A stretch of 64,000 nt of DNA, the filler included, from Streblomastix strix (taxonomy: Eukaryota): the NCBI GenBank assembly GCA_008636045.1. It is 4 parts of 4 records of this genome, joined end to end, with 100 filler letters (N's around TTAATTAATTAA, not from the genome) between each part and the next. Parts side by side here need not be neighbours in the genome. Positions count along the whole stretch, not along the records: positions 1 to 15,966 come from SNRW01000895.1; 3 more parts are not named here. One strand, 5' to 3'. Below, in pieces: positions 1 through 13,326 of the stretch. How positions within the stretch are numbered: position 1 is the stretch's first letter; every line of letters begins with the position of its first letter. Below the pieces are notes generated by a model, which had not been told where the DNA came from, ran no database searches, and saw only the letters and a list, made by a program, of their open reading frames with translations. The translations under genes were made by a program, and so were the position numbers.

Positions 1-289
1 GCCCGAAACATTGCCTAAATCCTATTCATTTATGAGGTTCAGAAATCATATCAATTATTTATTTTTATTAGTGCATATCGTAAATCATATCAATTATTTT
101 TCATTACTATTGATATTCACAAATGTAGTTATTTATTATTTTATGCGTATTTCTTTATTAACATCAAATTTATTCTTTGATTTTCGGTTCTGGAGAATCT
201 ATTCGTTTTTCGTATGTCAGCAATTCGTAATATTACTAGATATTTCTGATGTAGGCAAATTACTGTGTTTATCAATGTGAGGGCATCAT

Positions 290-3200
290 CCTTTTTCATT
301 AACTACTTACATGGTAGCAAATTATTGCACAAATTCATAATTGATGACTCGCAAAAATTAAGTTAAATAATCTTAATTATTATAGACTTAATTAAGACAA
401 ATTTAGATATGAAAAATATAGCGGATTATCAGATTGTCTAAATGTAACGGTTGAACCTGAAACAACGAATTGGATAAATCCAAAACCAAAAGTCGGAAAA
501 TTTGTAGTTATTCCAGCAAAATATAATGGATGGCCTTGGCATGTGTATCAATTATTCTAAGTAGTTATGGCTATTGTAAGAAAATATGGGAAACCTGTTT
601 ACTTCGTAACATTTACGGTAAATCCACATTGGTAAATGATTTTAGATAACTTATTTCCAGGCTGGATAACTTAAGATAGACCTGATATTTGTTGTAAAAT
701 ATTTGAAATTACGAAAAATCAACTAATTGAAGATATAAGAAAAGGTGGATAATTTGGATAATAAGTTTATTTGATTCTATAAATTGAGTCTCAAAAAAGG
801 GGACCTTCCTCATGTTCGCCTTCTATTTAGAGTTCGTGAAGATGACATTCCTAAGAGATTAGAGGAACTTGGCGATACGAATTAATGCGAACAACCTGAT
901 CCTAATACTGAACCAGATTAATATTATTTAGTTGGAATACAATTTATTCATGGACCCTTCGATAGTGGAAATCTTCGATGTTGCAACAATGGATAGTGTA
1001 CAAAATGATGTCTAAATAATTTGGAGATGGAATATCATTTTAAAAGAAAGGATATCGAAATTTCGAAAAAGAAAATCAGGAATAATTTTTTTGAAAAATT
1101 GAGGAAAGATTGGAAATGAATGGGTTGTGCCTCATAATAAAACTTTAGTTCTAAAATATAAGACTCATTTAATTGTTGAGTTATATGCGATTATTGAAGG
1201 AGAAAAATATCTCATTAAATGTATTCATAAAGATCATGATTGCAGTGAACTGAAATTATCACATATATAAGAAAATTTACATGATGGATTAACATTTAAA
1301 GATGAAATCACTTCATATCTAGAAGCACGATACTTTAATGCACATGAAGCAGTAAGGGAAATTTTTGCTACTAGTCTAAGTTTCAGGATTCATTCGATAT
1401 TAAGGTTAGTAATTCATTTAGAAAATGAATAGATTGTAAAATTCACAGATGTTAAAAAAAAATCTGCATCAAAGAGAAACAATTCGATTCGTTCTATTCT
1501 AACCGCATTTTTTGAGTTCCATGAAAAATTTTGGAAAATTTTAATTTAAATTCTGGATAAATTATTAATTTTTTATACGAATTGACAATTTTTTGAACAT
1601 TTTTCTCAAAACTAATCTGATCGCACTTGAAAATGAAGAAAATAGGGGTCATTGTATAAATTGGCAGATTAAATATAGTTAGTGTAAGAGATAGTGAAAA
1701 ATTATTTTTGGGAATATTTCTTTTATATGTTTAATGTCTAACATCTTATTAATATATGAGAACTAACAGAGAAGATGATACTATGATATATCCAACTTTT
1801 GAAGAAGCTGCAATTGCAAGAGGAACAGTATAAAATGATAGTGAATGGTATTTATTTCTAGTGGAAGAAGTTATAACTTAAATGCTATATTTGTTAAGAT
1901 AATTATTTGGAATTTGAATTATATTTAATAATGTAATTAATGTTAAAGACATATGAAAAAAATTTTAATTATAAATATGTGAATATTTTTAAAATTTAAG
2001 GTTTATGCAAGAAGAAGCCATAAAGTTGGCTTATTATTAAATTAAAGGTTATTTGATAGAAAAAAATATTAAATTTGAATTACTAATTAAATTACCTGGA
2101 AAACCTGCAATATAATTAAAATACGCAAATTTTGGGACATGAATTTCAAAATAGATACAAAACACTTAATGACTAATAGATGCTTGCTTTTAATACTATC
2201 ATCTCAAATAATCACTCAATGAACGTTTTCTTCATTAATGTATCAGATGGAAGTGGAAAGACTTTTTTATATTAAACACTATATTATTATTTTCTAACAA
2301 TTAATAAAATTGTAATAATTTCTGCCTTATCAAGAATCGCAGCAACTCTTTTGCCTGAGGAATAAACATTTCACAGCATTTTCAAACTATGTTTAGAAGC
2401 GGTTACTGGAGAATTTGCACCAATTTTTTCAATTTATAATAGTTATTCTTTTTAATTAGCATCTACTGATATCATTATTATTGATGAAGCTCCAACAGGG
2501 TTAAGATATATACTTGAAACAGTCGATAAAATTTTTTAAATCAATATTTAAAAATGAATAGTTATTTGGAGTAAAATTGGTAGTTTAAGCTGAAATTTCA
2601 AATAAATGTTACCAGAAATGTCTCGTTCAAACAAAAAGTGAAAATGTTGGAATCTGTATAAATTTATCTGAACTATTATAACACAATATTCAAGTTCTTC
2701 TATTGGTTTAAAATATTTAAATATAATTTAACTTAATATTATTAAGTATTAGGGAAGATAAATTGCTTCACGATTTAAAAGGATAAAAAGTCTTAGATAA
2801 AAACTTGATTTCTTAATTTTCATTGATTGATCAAATTTTTCCAGTCGAACTTAATTTCAATAATATTGAAGATCTTGCTGATAGCGAAATTTTGACTTAA
2901 ACTAATAAGGAATCATTTGAAATAAATGAATAAATACTGAATAATATACCTAGAAATACTTAAACCTTTCTAAATTGTGATAAAGTAATTGATGATTATC
3001 GAAATTCTTCAATAATTTATTCTGAAGAACTTCTTAATACGCAAACATCATCAGGAATGCCTCCACATGTTTTGAATCAAAAAGTTGCAGTTATAGTTAT
3101 GTCATTAAGAAATCTAAACGTTAAACAAGGATTTTGTAATGGCATAATATAATCCATAATTACTATAAAAAGCAATCATCTTTTGAAATGTTGAATAATT

Positions 3201-3440
3201 ACAGGTTCCCATAAGAACGATGAAGTTATAATTCCTAGAATTGATTTATAACGTTTATATAAATTCGTATTTTTCACATTTTTCAAAAGATAATTTCCCT
3301 TTCGATTTTCATTTTCAATGTCAATAAATAAATCTCAAATGTAATCATTCAGTACCGTTGAAATAAGACTTCAAAAAAATAGTTTTTCTCATCGATAATT
3401 AAACGCTGCACTCTCAAGATGCAAGTCATTTGAAGAATTT
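290..3440 (+). mobile_element. Degenerate Helitron RepHel (HUH Rep + PIF1-like helicase) pseudogene
   Basis: Manual translation (TAR=Gln): MAIVRKYGKPVYFVTFTVNPHW (~570-630), ESQKRG..PH Rep motif (~785-815), Walker A-like DGSGKTF (~2246), ATLLPEEQTFHS, IIIIDEAP (~2470), SGMPPH (~3050), LRNLNVKQGFCNG, SINKSQ, FSHRQL..ALSR (~3385-3420). Many frameshifts and TGA stops. Confidence 0.9.
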
Positions 3441-5889
3441 TAGATCTGATTGAATGGTATTAACAAAAAAAATTGAAACAAGACATATTGCATATTTTGA
3501 TGTTAATATTTCTCTATAGCCAATTAATTAATTAAATATTAATAATAAAAAAGATAAAATTTATGAAAATTTTGAAATTTAAAATAATTAAGATTTTGAA
3601 TTTAATATTTTTGAAGAAGATGCTGAAGAATTTGAGGAACAAGAAGAAGTTGGTGATGATTTTTATAATTTTAAAGATCTATTAGATTTACAAGTTTTAT
3701 AAATATTTGGAGATGATTTTGATAATGTTGAAATATATGAAGAAAACCATTAAAATAAAACTAACTAATAAAATATTATGTATGAAATTAATGATACAAT
3801 AAAATAATTAAATTCACCAGATAAATGAATGAAACGAATAACATAGTAATGAGTAGATAAATTTTGTTTAAATATTTAATACACATTTTACAATTATCGC
3901 AATATTTAAATATATTTTTATATTTTTATATTTTTAATTTTTTATTAATAAAATATATAAAAAATAATTGATTAAATTTAAAAATTATTTAAAAAATTTC
4001 AAATAATAAATTCATTTATTTAAAATTAATCAACGTCGGAAGCGAAGCGATAGTATCTTCCTTGTATTCCTTGAAGCCTGAAACTGATCGAGGCTCGCAA
4101 ACAGTAAGTATTTTTAGTTAATTAGAAAAAAAATATTTGTATTATACATTGATACTTTGTTTTTAAAATTTAAAAAAAAACGGTGCTAACCAAAGAACAA
4201 CTTTTTTAGAGCAAAAATCTTTATCTTGGCACGATGAAAAATCTATAAGGGGGGGAGGGGGGGGGTGAAACTAAATGTAGAACTAAAATAACCGCATTCT
4301 ATAATTTTTAAAAAAAATATTACTGATACTACATGTAACGCAAATATGCTGTTCCAAAGCTAAAAATATTATTTTTCAGACTTTTATGATTTTAACGCAA
4401 TAAATATAAAATTAATACACATAGTTAAATGTTCTCTTTTATATTTTTTAAAGCAAATTGCAAGTCAATAACGAACAAAAATCAATTTTAATTTAAATTT
4501 TATTTTCTATAACTTCAAATTGATTTAATTATTAAATTTATCTGTTTAAATTTAAAAATATTTATTATATTTTTATTTGTTCTAATCATTTATTAAATTT
4601 TTTTTTGAAATTAAATTTATATTTTGCTTTGAAAATTAGAAATTAAATATTTATATATTTTTTAACAATTTTGAATTTTAAAAAGTTATTAAGAATATAA
4701 AATCAGTTAGGAAATAATATACATATCGATTTATCGATGAATCAGTTATGATTTAAATAAATTGAAGAAGTTTTGAATAAATTGAAATAATGAACAATGA
4801 ATTAAGCTAATGAATCATAAATAGAAAATGAAAGACAATAATAGTAATAAATTTAAATTTTTATTTCAAATAAACATATATATCATGAAAAAATCTCCAT
4901 TAACTTAATTCAGTTGGCAATGATCTTTAATAACCGACAATGTTATTATATAAATCAAAGTAATTCTTCAATACATCTAACACCTAATAAATCCGCCAAA
5001 TTTAGAATACACAAAAATAATTATGAATAGGTTGAAACGAATACAAATGAAATTATCTAATAGTTACGAAAAGAAAATGAAAAAAAATAACAGTTATTTG
5101 TTGATTTATTATGAATTTAAATCATTCATTAAATTTCAGCGTAATTATCAAATTTATTTTAATTTTTTATAATAAATATTCTGATAAATAAAATTTCAAC
5201 CCAAATAAATAAATGAAAAAATAATTTCTTTAAAACAAACGCTGGATCGGAAGAGAATCGATGTGTTTTCTTGTATAAGTTAAATATCCCTACGATTTTG
5301 ACACAATTAGCTTTTGGTTTTGTTAGTTTGATAGCTTATTGTATTAAATATATCTATTTTTATAATAATTTCGAATTGAAATTGGCTATAAGCGATAAAA
5401 ATAAAAGATTTTCTATTAAATCAGGGTTTTTTGAAAAAAAAATCTCTTTTGGAATTATAATACAACAATTTAGTTTATAATATTTAATTAAATAAAATTA
5501 TAATAATTTTATTGTATTTATTTTTTGGAAAAAAATATTTATTTTAATTTTTTTGAAAAAATATTAAAGTAGAGCTTTGGCTAGTACAAGGTTTTCTGGC
5601 TATATTTATGTATGGATGGATGATCAAGCCTTACATACTTAATTAATTTAATATTTAATACTCAATTATATAAAATTTATCAAATATAATTTTAATTTAT
5701 ACTCTAAATTTCTCATATAAAAAACTATAAATAAAACTTAATTTCTTGCTAAAAATAGATTAACAAATAATTTGAATGTTTGTTTAATGAATATTAGATG
5801 CTTATTAATATATAATTGAACTACTTTAAACATATATTTGTCCATATTATTAATCTTTATATTATTTACTTTATTTTTGTTAAGATTTC

Positions 5890-8763
5890 ATGAGTAAGCA
5901 GATAGAAACAGACTCTAAAAAAGAGGGACCTGGGACAAATATACCACAAATTATTGAATAGTTTGAAGGTGTTGGATCCGATTCGAGCTTTTCTCCAAGT
6001 CCAAGAAATGTAGAATTTGAGAACGCAAAATCTGATGTGAAATTTGAATAGGATAAATCTAATATTGGGAAAGCTTCTCTTCGCTTTGCAGGTGCAGGTG
6101 CAGAATTCTAATTTAAGAAGTCTTCCATTCATGATCTCTTCCCTGCCTAGTTATGGAAGCATTTTTCCGAGCTTAATAATATTCCACGAGAAAGTAGAAA
6201 AACAGAAAAAGTCTCCAAATTTATTCAACAGTTCGGAATTTCATTGAAATTACAAGTTAAAGCAGATTCTTTAGGAAATGTACTTATAACTAAGCCTGCA
6301 TCGAAAGGAAGAGAGAATAGACCCTCTGTTTGCCTGTAATCCCATCTTGATATGGTCTGTGAGAAGGAAGTTGGTTCAAGCTTTAATTTCGATACAGATC
6401 CAATCATAACAAAAATCGTTGAAAATGGGGAGTTTGGACCAAAATTGACGGGAAACGGTACCTCAATTGGTGCAGACGATGGTGGAAATATTATTTTATA
6501 ATAAAGGGATATTTAATAATTTATTATTATTATTATTAATTATAAATAGGAGCAGGAGTTGCAGCAGCAATGGCCATTTTAGAAGACAGGAACCTCATTC
6601 ATGGACCTATTGAATGCCTCTTCACTGTTGATGAAGTTTATTATTTATAAATTAATAGTTCTAAATATGGAACATAAATTAGATTAAGTATTAAAGTATT
6701 AAATTATTTAATTTATTTATTAATGAATTTAATTAGGAGATTGGAATGATTGGAGCCAGAGCTCTTTCTCCAGATTTCATCACAGTATATCAATACACAT
6801 TTATAATTATAATAATGTTCTTAATTAATATTATTACAGTCTCCATATTTAGTCAATCTCGACTCAGAAGAAGATTGGAGAATTACAGTTGGTTGTGCTG
6901 GAGGATTTAACTTTGAAAATCGAATTCAAGTGAAAGTTGATAAAAGTATTATTTATGACTTTTAATTTAACTGTTCATTATTAATTTATACTGTTGACTT
7001 TTACGGATAGTATTCAATCCAGATGTTCATTCATCATTAAAGATTGAACTCGGCGGCTCAATTTCTGGTCATTCTGGTTGCGATGTGCACCAGGGATAAT
7101 CAAATAACATGATAGTATGCATATTATTATAGATTGTAATAATTATTGCCTTCATTTTGTCTGTATTAGTAATTAGCTCGCTTATTACGTGGTGCATAAG
7201 AAGGAGTAGTTGCAAAGAGTTAAAGAGGAATTGAGAAGAAGAAAGAGAAAGAAGATGATAATGAGAAGGTTTGAATTAATTAATATTATGAAAAAAATAT
7301 GAATTATTTATTATTATTAAATAATAAATAAATCATTTACTAAATTTATAATTCTTATCATATTTATATATTTATTTATTAAATTTATAATTTTCATCAT
7401 ATATATATTAGTTTAAATTCAATATTTATGATATTTCTGGAGGAACAAAAAGGAATGTATTACCTTAAAGGGCAGAAGTAAAAATCATTATTGATAAAAA
7501 AAATGAAAAGAAATTCAGAGAGAAATTAGAAGAGTTGTATGATGGTATTGAACATATAAATATTTTTAATGAAAATATAAATATTTTTAATGAAAATAAT
7601 CAATAATTATGAGAAATTAAAAGATATATTTTTGATTAATTAGTGATTTGTTTATTGATATTGTTAATTCACTTCCATTATTTATAATTAGATATAATTG
7701 ATGAATATGAAGCTGTTGAACCAAATTTATTCTTAAAGATTGAGAATATTCAAATTAGCGAAGAAGTTTGTAATAATATTAGAATCAAAATAAAGGATAG
7801 TATTAATATTTATTTTCTTATTGAATAATATAAATCAATACATTTATTTTAATATATTAGGATTAGAATAATATAATAACTCATGAAGATACAACAAGAC
7901 TTATTTCTATAATACTAACTACATCTCATGGAATATTGAGGTTAGTAATATATTCATTCATCCAATTAATTTAATTTATTATATTTAATTATATTATATA
8001 AAAATATTAATAAAGGATGTCTCCAGTTACTCCAGGTCTTGTTGAAAGCTCAATCAACTTCTTTGGAATTAAGTATAAGAAAGATGAGGAATAAGTATTA
8101 TTATATATAAATGAGAAAAGATATTTTAGAAGAAGATTAAATATTATTATTTAATATATTTCGTAAACTTATTTATTACTATTTAATCTGTTTATGATAT
8201 AGCACACAATTATCTAAGGATTCTTTGCTCGCTCTTCATCTAATTCATAACTTGAACTAATATTGAATACAAATAAAGTATGTTTTATTATATATAATAA
8301 TATTTATTCATCGTTATATCATTTAATATATTAATATTTATTTATTTATTTTCCCCCCTATTATATTTTGTTGATAAAGGCCAGAGCATCACTTTTGGGA
8401 ATAGAGATGTCAGATCCAGATTCATTCTACTCTGGATGGTCCCCAGATATCAATAATCCTCTATTCACTGCTGCAAAGGAAGCATTCATTGAGGCAAATG
8501 CTGGGAAATAGCCTGAAATATATTGTGTCCATGCTGGTATTTAGATAGAATTTTATTTATTTATTAATATTTTATCTCCTTATGTAATTCATTATAACTA
8601 ATTAGGCCTCGAATGTGGCATACTCAAACAAATATATCCAAAAATATTTGCTATTTCTCTGGGTCCTTTTATATAAAATCCACATACAATCAGAGAGTCG
8701 CTTCATTTGAGATCTCTTGAACCTTTCTATTCAACTGTTACAAAACTTCTTGAGCGTATTTGA
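5890..8763 (+). CDS. pepD: Aminoacyl-histidine (Xaa-His) dipeptidase, peptidase M20C, multi-exon
   Basis: LWKHFSELNNIPRES, GNVLITKPAS, LQSHLDMVCEK (Q=TAA 6337-6339), GTSIGADDG, LFTVDEE, NLDSEE, SGHSGCDVH, HAGLECG (split by intron), GPFIQNPH; ATG 5890, TGA 8761-8763; short AT-rich GT-AG introns. Confidence 0.92.
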
Positions 8764-8930
8764 ACTTAGATATTTCTAAATAGCTTTTATCATTCATAAA
8801 TGTTATTTTGTTATTTCTTCTGATTAGTATAGTTCTTTCATTCAATTATCAGTTCATTATTCATATATTTTTACGTTGTTATCTGTCGTCAATACATCAA
8901 ACTCATATCGTAAATTGTTTGTAATAATAT

Positions 8931-9440
8931 TTTATCACCTGGCATTGAAATTTTTGATCTTTCCTCCATTTTGTTTCTTTCTGATTGTTTTTAAGCAGAG
9001 CGTATTTTAGGTCATTACATTTTTAACAACTTTATCAATATATAAGCTATTCCCATGAAGAAACATGATTTAAAAACAATACCGTCTTTCTCTATATATA
9101 TCATTTTTTAATTCAAATTTTTATAATTTAATTATTATACAATAAGACTTATTTGCATTTTAATTTAATTTTATATCTTTCATTGTATACAAATGAAATA
9201 AAGCACATTGATATTTTTCATTAAAAATATGTATTTATATCGTTTTGTACTTAATAATTATATATATTTATTAACCAAACATATTTCATATTATATTATT
9301 GGTACAATCATCTCATAATATTCATGTGACAAACATTCTTATACCAAGATACATAAGAAATAATAATTAGAATCACTTCATCACATCTAATAACAAAATA
9401 ATTAAATAATTAGTTATTTATTTATTTTATTAATATATTT
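8931..9440 (+). repeat. ~500 bp intergenic direct repeat, copy A
   Basis: Collinear with 10841-11344; shared blocks include AAGCTATTCCCATGAA, AAAAACAATACCGTCTTTCTCTATATATATCATTTTTTAATTCAAATTTTTATAATTT, AAAGCACATTGATATTTTTCATTAAAAATATG, TCATCTCATAATATTCATGTGACAAA. Confidence 0.9.
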
Positions 9441-9491
9441 TTCATGTATTTATTTATATTATTATTAATAGACAATTGTTTATAATTGCAA

Positions 9492-10720
9492 ATGCAACAA
9501 TCAAAGCTTTAACGACTAACAAAACTTACTGATAAAGGATTAAATTAGAACAAAACTCATAGCCATGAAACTACAAATAAGAAGAAGGTTATATTTCGGC
9601 CAATTAATGCTGAAGATCTTAGTTTAAAACTGAACAAGAAATTAAAAGGAGGTAGGTTTCGATCAATTAATGAGGAACTTTATACAATAACATCAGATTC
9701 AGCTCGTATATCATTCCGTAAAGATCCAAAACTATTTGATACATATCATGAAGGATATAGAATACAAGCTAATTAATGGCCCATTAACCCACTTGATGTT
9801 ATAATAAGAGAGCTTAAAGATCGAAGAGGACTGACTATTGCTGATCTTGGATGTGGAGAAGGAAGATTAGGTGAATCATGTCCCAATTGTGTCATTCATT
9901 CATTTGACCTAGTTAAAAGAAGACCCCATATAAAAGTAGCAAACATCGCTAATGTTCCATTGGAAGATGAATGTTGTGATGTTGTTGTATGTTGTCTTTC
10001 ATTGATGAATTGTGATTGGCCAAGAATTGTTGATGAAGCTCATAGAATATTAAAGAAAGGGTTTGATTTCTAATATATTATATATTTATTATATTCATAA
10101 TATCTTATTGATTAATATAATATAGTGGCTTACTTCGAGTTGCAGAGATTCGTTCACGAATTGAAGGAGATGAAGATGATTAATAATTAATGAAATAAAC
10201 CAGAAAGGACATTTTATCAGCAGAAGAAGAACTTTCTGTATTTAATTAAACTTCTTCAGATTTTATTCAGGTCTTTAAACGTGTTGGATTCAAAGTTTAG
10301 TCAACTCGCCTTCTTAATGATATGTTTGTTCTATTTGCTTTTATTAAGAAGAAAAATATGCCAAATAAATAATAACAAAGAAAAGATTATGAAGCTCCTG
10401 ATCAGAAAAGAAATGAAGAAGATTAGAAATTGGTTAAATAAAGTACATCAACGTCATCTAAGAGGTTAATATTCAGTGATTCTGAAGATGAAAAAGAAGA
10501 AGATATATAAATGGTGAAGAAGAAGAGGAAAAGATCAGAAAGTTAAGAAGATATAAAACCAAACAGGAAAAGGAGAAGAATAAGTAATGAAGAAAATGAA
10601 AATGATTTGTAGAAAAGTGAAATATAAAGAAAAAGTGATTATCAATCATAGAAGCTCACCGATGATGAGGTTCTTATTTTCTCTCAGGCGTTAAAACCTT
10701 GTTTTTATAAAAAGAGGTGA
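9492..10720 (+). CDS. RRP8: rRNA adenine-N1 methyltransferase RRP8 / nucleomethylin homolog
   Basis: LKGGRFRSINEELYT, FDTYHEGYRIQANQWPINPLD, IADLGCGEGRL, HSFDL, VCCLSLMNCDW, EAHRILKKG, AEIRSR, C-terminal LKPCFYKKR-TGA; intron at ~10061-10125. Confidence 0.93.
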
Positions 10721-10840
10721 TTCGCTTACCACTACAATGACTTATCATTGAGTAAATAAATTAATATATATATAAACAATGAATTTTATATTGTATTTTA
10801 ACTATAATAAAACTCATATCTTGAATTGTTTGTTATAATT

Positions 10841-11344
10841 TTTTATCACATGACATTGCAATTTTTGATACTCCCTTCATTTTGTTTCTTTCTGGTTATT
10901 TTCTAGTTGGGCGGATATTACTTAATTATATTTCAAATTTTTTATCAATATAAAAGCTATTCCCATGAAAAAACTTGATTAAAAAACAATACCGTCTTTC
11001 TCTATATATATCATTTTTTAATTCAAATTTTTATAATTTTATTATTATACAATAATATTTGTTTGCTTTTTAATTAAAATTTATTACATTAATTGTGCCC
11101 AAATTCGATAAAGCACATTGATATTTTTCATTAAAAATATGCATTTATCTAGTTTTGTACTTAATAACATTACATATTTAAATACCAAACATATTTCATA
11201 TTATTTTATTGATACAGTCATCTCATAATATTCATGTGACAAATATTCCGATTTCAAGATACTAAATAAATATTAAAAATCGCTTCATCACAGCTAATAA
11301 CAAAATAATTATATAATTATTAATTGATTTATTTTATTCATAAT
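10841..11344 (+). repeat. ~500 bp intergenic direct repeat, copy B
   Basis: Collinear with 8931-9440; ends about 45 bp before the ATG at 11388. Confidence 0.9.
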
Positions 11345-11387
11345 ATCAAATGTTATTATTTATATTATTATCAACATTTCAGTTAGC

Positions 11388-12932
11388 ATGTTCGGAGGTG
11401 CTCTTCGGGTAAATTTAAGTCTAGGATGTGCACCATTACCAAACAGTGAAGGCTAGCCTGTTCCTGTATTCTCGCCAATGCTAGATCACAACTTTGCTGG
11501 GAATGCTTTATCAGCTGCGTGCTCAGATGGCCTGGTCAGAATCTTCGATCGCAACACACTCAATTTAGTTTCATCTCTTCCTGCTCATGGACCTCAACAA
11601 TAAGCAATTCTGAAAGGATTAACAAGCGCTCGGTTTTCAAAGCGGTAAAATCTACTTTTTGTACAAGCTTAAGGATCAAAAAGCTCATTTCTATATGATC
11701 TTACTTCATCTAAATGTGTTTGTGAATACAAGCATAATAGTATTATTAATACTATGGATGTAAGCAATGATGATATCCTCTTTGCTACTGGTACAGAAAG
11801 TGAAATAAATATTTGGTGTGTATTTATTACTTATTTTATTATTTTATTTTATTATCTTAACAATAGGGATTTACGTTAAACGAAGAAATTATTTTCTTTT
11901 TCTGATTATCATTCGGATTAAATATCTTATGTTTTTACATATCTAATTTTTGTCATCTTCAATATTATTCCAATATCTTTTCTATTCAGGTTGAATTCTG
12001 TCCACACAAGAGTACCAGACTTGTATCAGGTGGATTGGATGGATTAGTTTGTGTGATCGATGTTGAGAAAACACAACGCATTCCTGGAGTTGAGAAAAGT
12101 ACTAAAATTATTAAAAAGGAATAAAATGTGGATATTACTGTTTAATAAGATGATGATGATGATGATGATACGAGTGATGATGAAGATGATAATGAATAAC
12201 TTCTTCGAGGCATTCTAATTATTATTTACTTTATAGTATTTTTAATTTACCCATTTTTTATTTTTTTAATAATTAGTTTTCAATACTGATAGTTCTATTA
12301 ACATGTGTCACTTTTTTGGAGCATAAAGTGAGAATTTAGTAGTTTGCTATTGTTAATATATATAATTATTATTATTATACTATTAATAAATGTGTGATAT
12401 ATAATATAAATCAAAGGTTATGACATGTACTGAGTCTTTGTCAGTGTGGAATATAGAAGGAAGAAGAGAAGAAGATGGAGGTCCTCTTCTTCTATTGAAA
12501 GATGCTAGATCATAGTTCATTAATGTTGGAAGAGATGAAGAAGATATTAGTGAAGTGAATTAATCTGGTTAGATTATTATGGAAAAAGATTCAGATAGTA
12601 AAGGTGTTGTTGAAGATAGTCATATTGATAATGGTTTAATTGATGAAGAATTACTTGCTTCTCGATACTTAATTGATTGCCATTATGATCCATCATCACA
12701 GCACCTTTGTCTTTTAACTGGTACCCATACTGGAGATGTTTTTATATCTTCGGTGGAAGCAGATGGATTATCGCCAATGTTTGAGCTATTAGGGGGCCAT
12801 ATCATTGAGGGTGGAGATGCAAATATTGTGGATTCTGATATTCGTGCAATTGATTGGGCTACTGCGGAGCCAGGCATTATCTTTACATCATCTGAGAACG
12901 GAACTGTTGTCAGATGGGAATACAAAACCTGA
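11388..12932 (+). CDS. WD40-repeat protein, WDR89-like, multi-exon
   Basis: ACSDGLVRIFD, FATGTESEINIW/DLR, DYHSDQISY/VEFCP, LVSGGLDGLVCVID, LLGGH, TSSENGTVVRWE; TGA at 12930-12932. Confidence 0.75.
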
Positions 12933-13326
12933 AGAAGAGTGTTTTAAACTTTAATAAAATTTTCCAATAATTTTTATATAAATTATCTTTAAATAAACTT
13001 TAATAACATTTATATACCATCTAAAAGAAATGGTAGACTATTTATTTTTAAATTTTCGTACTTCAATATATAATTTACCAACTAATGGCGGAGAAAACAG
13101 CGTAAAACTCGATTTTGATTTTCCACATGTATCATTTACTTATCTAAATATTAAACCAATTTGAATTAAAAAACACAAACAACAAATCAAATAAATGTTA
13201 TTGGATGCAATTTTAAATCCTTATTATCAAGAAAAAACCAAAAAGTATTACAGAATATTAATATCGAGTTTTTGGCACCTTAAAAAGAATTTATCATGTA
13301 ATTTATTCTCAAATTTTCAGATATCC

